Shown: positions 57,701 through 64,000 of the stretch, piece by piece | Layout: the number at the start of each line of letters is the position of its first letter | Position numbering within the stretch: the first letter of the stretch is position 1 | DNA from: Podarcis liolepis | Taxonomy: Eukaryota | Strand: one strand, 5' to 3' | DNA length: 64,000 nt | NCBI GenBank assembly: GCA_965112155.1 | Contig: OZ218099.1 | Made by a program: the position numbers and the translations under genes | Notes under the pieces: generated by a model | The model's database searches: none | What the model was told of the DNA's origin: nothing | The model's input: the letters and a program-made list of their open reading frames with translations, nothing else

Positions 57701-59710
57701 TCAAAATTTCTATGTCTCAACCATTTTATCTTCCATTCTATCTCTTCATTTATTATCATGGAGAATTGCATCTGTAAAATTTTTATACTTTGCTTAATTA
57801 GTTCATCATCTGGTTTTTGGAAAAGGATCCTTTCCTTTTTTCTAATTTCCTCCCAGATCTCCATTTTCTTCTTCTCCTTTATTTTCCTTTGGAATGTGTT
57901 TTATTGTATAAAGAAGCCTCTTATGATGGCTTTACCTGCGTCCCAAACCGTCTCTAGATCTACTCCTTGATTTAAATTGAACTTAAAATATTCTTCTAAG
58001 ATTTGCTTGGCCTTCTGTACAATTTTTTTCATCGTTTAGCATACTCTCATTAAGTCGCCACCTTTTAACCTTTTCTTCTTTTCCTTTAAAGTTAACCCAG
58101 ACCGCGCTGTGATCTAAAATTGTCCTTGGATGGATTTCTGCTTTTGTAATATTATTTAATAAATCCTTTGTTGTCCAGATCACGACGATTCGTCCCGCCG
58201 ATTTATGTGGTTCTGAATAATGTGTAAATTCTTTCTCTGTTGGATTCTTAAACCTCCAAGCGTCGAACAAATTCAGGAGTTTTATTAATTGGGAAAATGT
58301 AGTTGGGAGTTTTTTCTGCCTCTTTTCTTTCTTCTTTATTGTTCTGTCCATGTTTGGCTTGACTACTCCATTAAAATCTCCTAATAATATAATTTCCCCC
58401 CTAAATATTCTATGACTTTTTCTTCCAGGAATTGATAGAATTCGGATTTTCTTTCATTTGGTGCATAAATTCCAATAACTATCACTTTTTCATTATTGAT
58501 CTTAACCTCTATAATCATTGTTCGGCCTTTTTCATCATTGTAAAGCAGTTTTGGCTCCAGCTGAGGTTTTACATAGATTACCACCCCTCTCTTGCAATAA
58601 ACTCAAGCCCCAATCTCTTATTTATTAATACTCTTTTATGTTTTTCCACTACATGAGTTTCTTGCAGACAGATTAGATCATATTTTTGCTTAACCAGAAT
58701 ATGTTCCACCTTGTTCCTTTTTGATTTTTCATTTAAACCATTTATGTTCCAAGTAATAAATTTATAATCCATATTTTATTTCTTATGAACAGGTTAAAAT
58801 AATAATAAAAAATTACACATTCAAGGTCTCAGTATACATTTAATAAATTCCCTTCTTAGATCTGTCTCCTAACTCTCAACTGTTTGTTCAGTTTCCTCTG
58901 ATTCTCCCAACAATTGCCTTTTTCCTCCAAGGTCTTTCCGGTACTTTCTCCAGAACTTGTCCGCATCTAATGCCAACAAGCACTTTCTACGTTTCCCTTT
59001 AAAGAAAAAGGAGATGCCTTCAGGGTACTCCCACCTATAGTCCACTGCCTTTGCCTTTAGTGCCTCGGCCAGAGGTCTATAAGCTTCTCTCTTTTTTATC
59101 AACCGATTTGGAATAATCTTGTGGACAATAATATCATTTCCTTCCTTCCTTCCTTCCGATTGGAATTTCTTCTTGTTACTAGCTTGTAAAATTCTATTTC
59201 TGAAATCCATAGAGTTAAAAGAGACTAAACAATCAGCCGGCCAGTTGTTTGCTTTTGCTACATTAGATTTGACTCTGAATGCTTTTTCTATTTTTTGTGC
59301 TACTTCTGCTTCTTCTAGGTCTAACCAAGCTGCTAGCTCTTTTGAGAATTTTTTCTCAGTTATTTCCTCTGCGTCCTCTGTTAGTCCTCTGAATCTTAGG
59401 GTATTCTCCCTTCTCTGCATTTGCAACATCGCAATAGAGTCCAAAGTTGAATCCTGCTGTGCTTTCAGATCTGCTGTTTCTTTCCTTATCTTACCGCATT
59501 CCCTTTTCAACTCTCTATTATCATTTTGTAATTTTTTCTGAGCTTCCTCTAGGTTCTGTGTTTTACCTTTAAGGTCTAGCACTATTTTCATCAGATTTGA
59601 ATTTTTTTGTACTAAATTGTTGACCTGGGTTGATAACTCAGCTGCTATTTTCACATTTTCATCTATTTTAACTCCCATTGAAATAAGTTTTTCTTCTGTT
59701 GCTTTTGCCT
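54781..59710 (-). mobile_element. L1/Tx1-like LINE, 5'-truncated, ORF2 frameshifted
   Basis: Coiled-coil ORF1 58869-59678; ORF2 pieces: EN (ITWNINGLN..LICLQETH, 58772 onward), RT (LVDAEKAFD, GTRQGCPLSPL, FTDDL), C-terminal CWRC..H..W.C; A-rich 3' end; TSD ttagagtt at 54773-54780 and 59711-59718. Confidence 0.92.
58869..59678 (-). CDS. LINE ORF1p remnant (coiled coil plus RRM-like region)
   Basis: 269-aa open frame with heptad repeats followed by RRENTLRFRGL, lying directly upstream of the endonuclease domain. Confidence 0.75.
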   Translation of the reverse strand: MGVKIDENVKIAAELSTQVNNLVQKNSNLMKIVLDLKGKTQNLEEAQKKLQNDNRELKRECGKIRKETADLKAQQDSTLDSIAMLQMQRRENTLRFRGLTEDAEEITEKKFSKELAAWLDLEEAEVAQKIEKAFRVKSNVAKANNWPADCLVSFNSMDFRNRILQASNKKKFQSEGRKEGNDIIVHKIIPNRLIKKREAYRPLAEALKAKAVDYRWEYPEGISFFFKGKRRKCLLALDADKFWRKYRKDLGGKRQLLGESEETEQTVES

Positions 59711-59993
59711 TTAGAGTTTAAAGTGCTAAACAGCTTAGCCCCCAAATGTCTAAAAGGCCATCTCCTTCTCTACACCCTTTATTGGGTCTTAAGATCAGTA
59801 GAAGGGGCCTGGATTGTGATTTGTTTTTAACTGTTTTTAACATTTTGTTTTAAGTGCTGTGACCCACCCTGGGACCTTAGGGTGAGGGAAGATAAGAAAT
59901 AAATTATTATCAGTACAGTAGTATTATTACTGAAGAAGAAGAAAGAGTTCTGCCAAGCAAGCTGTGCACTGAGTTTAGTGAATGGGGACTAGT

Positions 59994-61172
59994 TGTGGCG
60001 TGTAGGGATTTCTCATTGTTTTGAGGTTTCTCTTAGGCCCTTCTGTGTATACAGCATACTGTCCCACTGCCTTGTCTCTGCTTTACACTTTGCTCACTGT
60101 TAAGGGAGCTCATTGTGTCATCAACACAGGGAATTGTGGGATTTTGTCTGCTGGGAATGTTTGTTTGGATCTAGTTTTTTTTAATGACACCCCAGGGATT
60201 CACACCCAAGGGGTTCTGTAACAAGCAAATGATGCTCAAAGAGGCAAAATACCCTTGTGGTGGCTTGTTTGCAACTTTCCTAACTGCACATTATTATTTC
60301 TGCCCAACTTTTTTGAATAGCTTCCAGTGCAGCTTGTTAAGCCACAAGTCAAGAACCGCCAAACTGCAGCACCTTGTCAATTTTGTTTGCTAGTTTGCTT
60401 TAGCAAATGCCAAACCTGATTTCTTCACAATCCGACTCAAGGCTTCCCATTCCCCTTTTGGACAAAGCCACTTCCGACATAAGGAGGAGGTGGGGTTTCG
60501 GGCTTCATGCCCCCAATCTTGCGCGCGGAGGCTGTTTCCAGCCGCAGCGCAATCAGGGGAATCCTCGGGCCGCGTCATCCCCCGAGCCAGCCAATCGTCT
60601 GGCTCGGGGTGTGTGGTTTGCCTCACTTAAGGCAAGCGCGGCCCCGGGATCTCCCTCTTTTAATGGTTGGTCGCTGTTAAGGGGCCTGGTAGGAATTTTT
60701 TCCACTTGGTAAATTGGCACCAGCCATTTGGTTTTTCACCTACCTCGTAGCAAATCGTCACAACTCCTTTGGTTTTGGCGGTTAGGCATTGGTAGTGGTA
60801 TTGTTATGCAGATGGAGGGAGGGAGTGCCATCACCTCCCTCGTTTACTGAAGGGTAGTCCGGTAAAGGATTCTGCGGGGCATTGCCTCCTCCGAAGGCTA
60901 TGGAGGTCAGGGCCTAAAGCGTGCCCCCGAGCCGTGACCCCGGGGGAGTACCTAGTTGATGTGCATCAGCAGCGCTCCCCCTGCTGGTGTTAACCCTTCC
61001 CGGTCTTCATGCAAACAGGCTGAAGCTGGATAGTCTGATAGGACCAGTGCCTAAGCCAATACTGCTCTTACCTGTAACCAATAAAGTTGTGGCCAATTTT
61101 AGCCCATTAACCTAATTCAATGTTGTCACGTGTCTTTATTTCCATTGGGGGGAGGCGGGAACTCACCACGCA
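59994..61172 (+). mobile_element. Possible solo LTR (CpG-rich); boundaries uncertain
   Basis: CpG-rich stretch at 60500-60970, AATAAA at ~61080 followed by a GT-rich tract and a ..CA end. Confidence 0.35.
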
Positions 61173-61732
61173 AACATCCAGTATATCTGGATGTACATGG
61201 TGACCAAACTAGATGAGATGTAGGGAAATATGTGGAGATGGGAGAGGGGTTGTTAACTCTTTGCCCCAGGCCCAGTTAGGGATGTAAGCAGGCACTGTTT
61301 TCCATCCTGCCCTGAATTCATCACATGCATCACTGGTTCCGTTTCACTGCAGTTCACCTTCCACCCAAAACTATGTTATTCATTTCACCGTCCACTGTGG
61401 TGAAATTACATTATTCCACCTCATTCATTTCAATGCAGAGGAAACACAATGGAAACGGAGGAAAAAGCATACTCCATATCATTTGTAGACTGAAAACAAC
61501 AACAGCAAATACCAATTGTATTCCCTGGATTGACTTCCATTCCAGAATGGGATCCATAAGTGAACATCAGCAATTTCTGTTCCTGTTTTCATTTTTGTTA
61601 GAATTCTCCAACACTCCTAGTCCCAATTCCACATGATCCCAAATCTATGGTGAGTTACCTACAGTGCACCTACAGTTTTCCAATGAATGGGCAATCAGTA
61701 GAGGGCCAGAGAGATAACAAACTTTCTTCACC

Positions 61733-61734
<2 letters not shown>

Positions 61735-61770
<36 letters not shown>
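61735..61770. repeat. (CA)n microsatellite
   Basis: Direct reading. Confidence 0.95.
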
Positions 61771-61776
<6 letters not shown>

Positions 61777-64000
61777 AAAAGTGGTCAGGAGTTCCAGTTT
61801 GCCTCTCAGAGGAGAGTAAAGCCAGGTGAAGCAGAAATGAGGCAATCATAAGATGTGGGCATATTGTGGAACAGCACAAATGGGGGCTCTTGTAGATTTT
61901 AAAAACCACGATTTAGGATAACAGTCATAGCCGATTGCCCAAACTATATCCAAACAGAATTGCCCCTTGCTGAGCATGGCTTTGTCATTTCCTATGTCCA
62001 TCTGCCAACAGCTGTCACCTTGACCCTCCATGCTGCAGTTTCGGTTCAGCAAAACACTCATTGGACACCCATTGAACATCATTGAAATTAAAGCCCAAGA
62101 AGGGCCTCAAATGTGCATTTGAATTGAGGATATACAGGCACACACACCCTCCCGATTTGCATGAGGGTTGTGTCCCTGGGCACCGCACATAGGCCTGCCC
62201 TGGTCTACCCCATTCTCCCCCCCCCCCCCCATTTCCCCATTTCCCAGGTCTAAAATGACCTGCCATGCGCCAATCAAATGCATAAAATGGCCGCTGCCTG
62301 TCCCACCTGTGCAACATTATCCATGACAGTTCTTTATTTTGATTTTTTATTTGAATTTATAGCAACCTCTGTCTTAGAGATTCAAAGCATGTAAACACAT
62401 TAGTCACTTTTTATTTTATTTTATACAGGACCATTTGTACAAACCGTTGAGCAACGTTAGACCTCTTTGTGGTCCAACCACAGAAACCAAATGCCAGCTG
62501 AAAAAGAAGGAACTTAGTTTCCTCTAAGAAAGCCTCAGATTTGAGTTTGGTGAAGCATCAAAGGAGATTTCATAACTGCCGAAGAACACTTGCGCACTTG
62601 AGTGCTCCTGAACCTTGCTTTCCCACAATCCACAGCAAATGAAAGAATAGAGAATTACAAAGATCCTCATCTACTATTATACATAAGTTAAAACCCATTT
62701 TGCAAAGGCTAGTGGCAACATCAACTGGAGGATTATTTATTACAAATCCATTGCATTTTATTATTTTCTAGCAATCCTGGTGGGAGAATTACAAATAGCC
62801 TTCTATTTGCTCCTATAGGCTCTCCTGTTTACTGTAATGTCAGTTTCTGTTCCCATGGAATGAGGAGCTTTAAATACTAAGTTTTGCACACATAGAGATG
62901 AATGGATGGATGGATAGATGGATGGATGAGGAGCTATGGCCCTTCTTCCACTGCTTGTCACCCCCACCAAACTGCAGCTTGTTTTTTGTTTTGTTCTGTT
63001 TCATTTTTTGTTTTGTTTTTTGTTTTTAACATGTAGGCTTCCTTCTCTTCATGGCAACAGCAGCCATGGAGGACATTGCCTAGAGAAGGTAGCCTAAATT
63101 TTAAAACACTGGCTTTCTTTTCTTGGTGGCAGCCATGGGTTAAAGTCAGAAAAAACATGAAAGTAGTTTATTGTAGTACCATTTCACTATTTTAAAGAGA
63201 AAAGCAAACAAACGAAGAACAAAACAAGAGAAAGATCCAATAATTAAAGGGATCTTTCCTCTTGCAGGAACAGAAACTGACATGAAGAGAGAGATTACTC
63301 AAGGGGCAGTTAACAAGCTATTCTTCGTTAACCTAGTAGTTGGCATCAACAGAAGGCAATAAAAAGGGACTAGTGTGCAAATTAAAAGTGTTTAAAGACG
63401 CAGATGCCTTGTAATACCTTAAATAAATTTTCATGTCCACACCTTGTATTTTATTGTAAAAATTAAAATTAAGGGCTAGTGTGGCAACAACCCAGAAGAT
63501 AAAGTTTTTTAAAAAAAGCAAAAGGATCTGAAATCTTAGAAGAGCATCATAAGAGCTTCATGAGGGAATTCAGATTTTAAAACCTAGGAAAATAGAGAAA
63601 AAGATCTGCTAGCAATGAAATAATAAAAATGTAGGGATCAAATAGACCTCTCTGGAGGCATGGGCGTAGCCAGGATTTTTGTTAGAGGGTCAGGACTTTT
63701 GTTAGTGTAGGGAAGAACCAATGTGATTGGTCAGTTAGTTAAGTATTTCTATTGTTTTATTTGATCTAGAGGGGGCAGCTGTCCCCCATCCCCCACCCCC
63801 TGGCTCATGCCTGGAAATGCCACTCCCAAGAAGGCCCTGTCTCAGATATCATCCTCTCCTTTTCATATGCTGGGGGGGGGGGAGAACTTGCTAAATTATT
63901 GGGCTTTTCAATGAATGTTTCATTAGGTTTTGAATTTGTGAATGTGAGAACTAGGTTAATCTAGCATGTTATTATAGAAGGAAGAGGGGCTAGGATGGAA

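Noticed and set aside
62429-62528. Possible orphan terminal exon after tttatacag| (DHLYKPLSNVRPLCGP...)
   Set aside because: No recognisable homology and no partner exons identified.

Overview
Vertebrate genomic DNA, almost certainly a squamate. The Sauria SINEs, BovB, CR1, L2, Penelope palindromes and Tc1/mariner MITEs resemble a lacertid-type lizard repeat landscape (inference). The anchor is an intact TRAPPC5 (CDS 18378-18944) with a CpG-rich promoter. Manual splicing around it reconstructs four paralogous type II transmembrane C-type-lectin-domain (CTLD) receptor genes: A (minus, ~516-6931), B (plus, 21895-28728), C (plus, 34613-38675) and D (minus, 45983-54088). All four have cytoplasmic YxN (Grb2-SH2-type) motifs and lack the canonical EPN/QPD+WND Ca2+/sugar site. 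B, C and D also share a neck-less architecture, an extra cysteine pair and a RUNX-ETS-GATA promoter module. Gene A resembles mammalian MCEMP1 (a TRAPPC5 neighbour that lacks a CTLD) but still carries a decaying CTLD. Also present: one intact olfactory receptor between lectins C and D, a young RT-less Copia LTR element with a 7-bp TSD, a 5'-truncated L1/Tx1-like LINE, a BovB fragment, a Penelope-type palindrome with a minimal hammerhead ribozyme, and many SINE/MITE/solo-LTR insertions. All exon models were read by eye and need RNA evidence.
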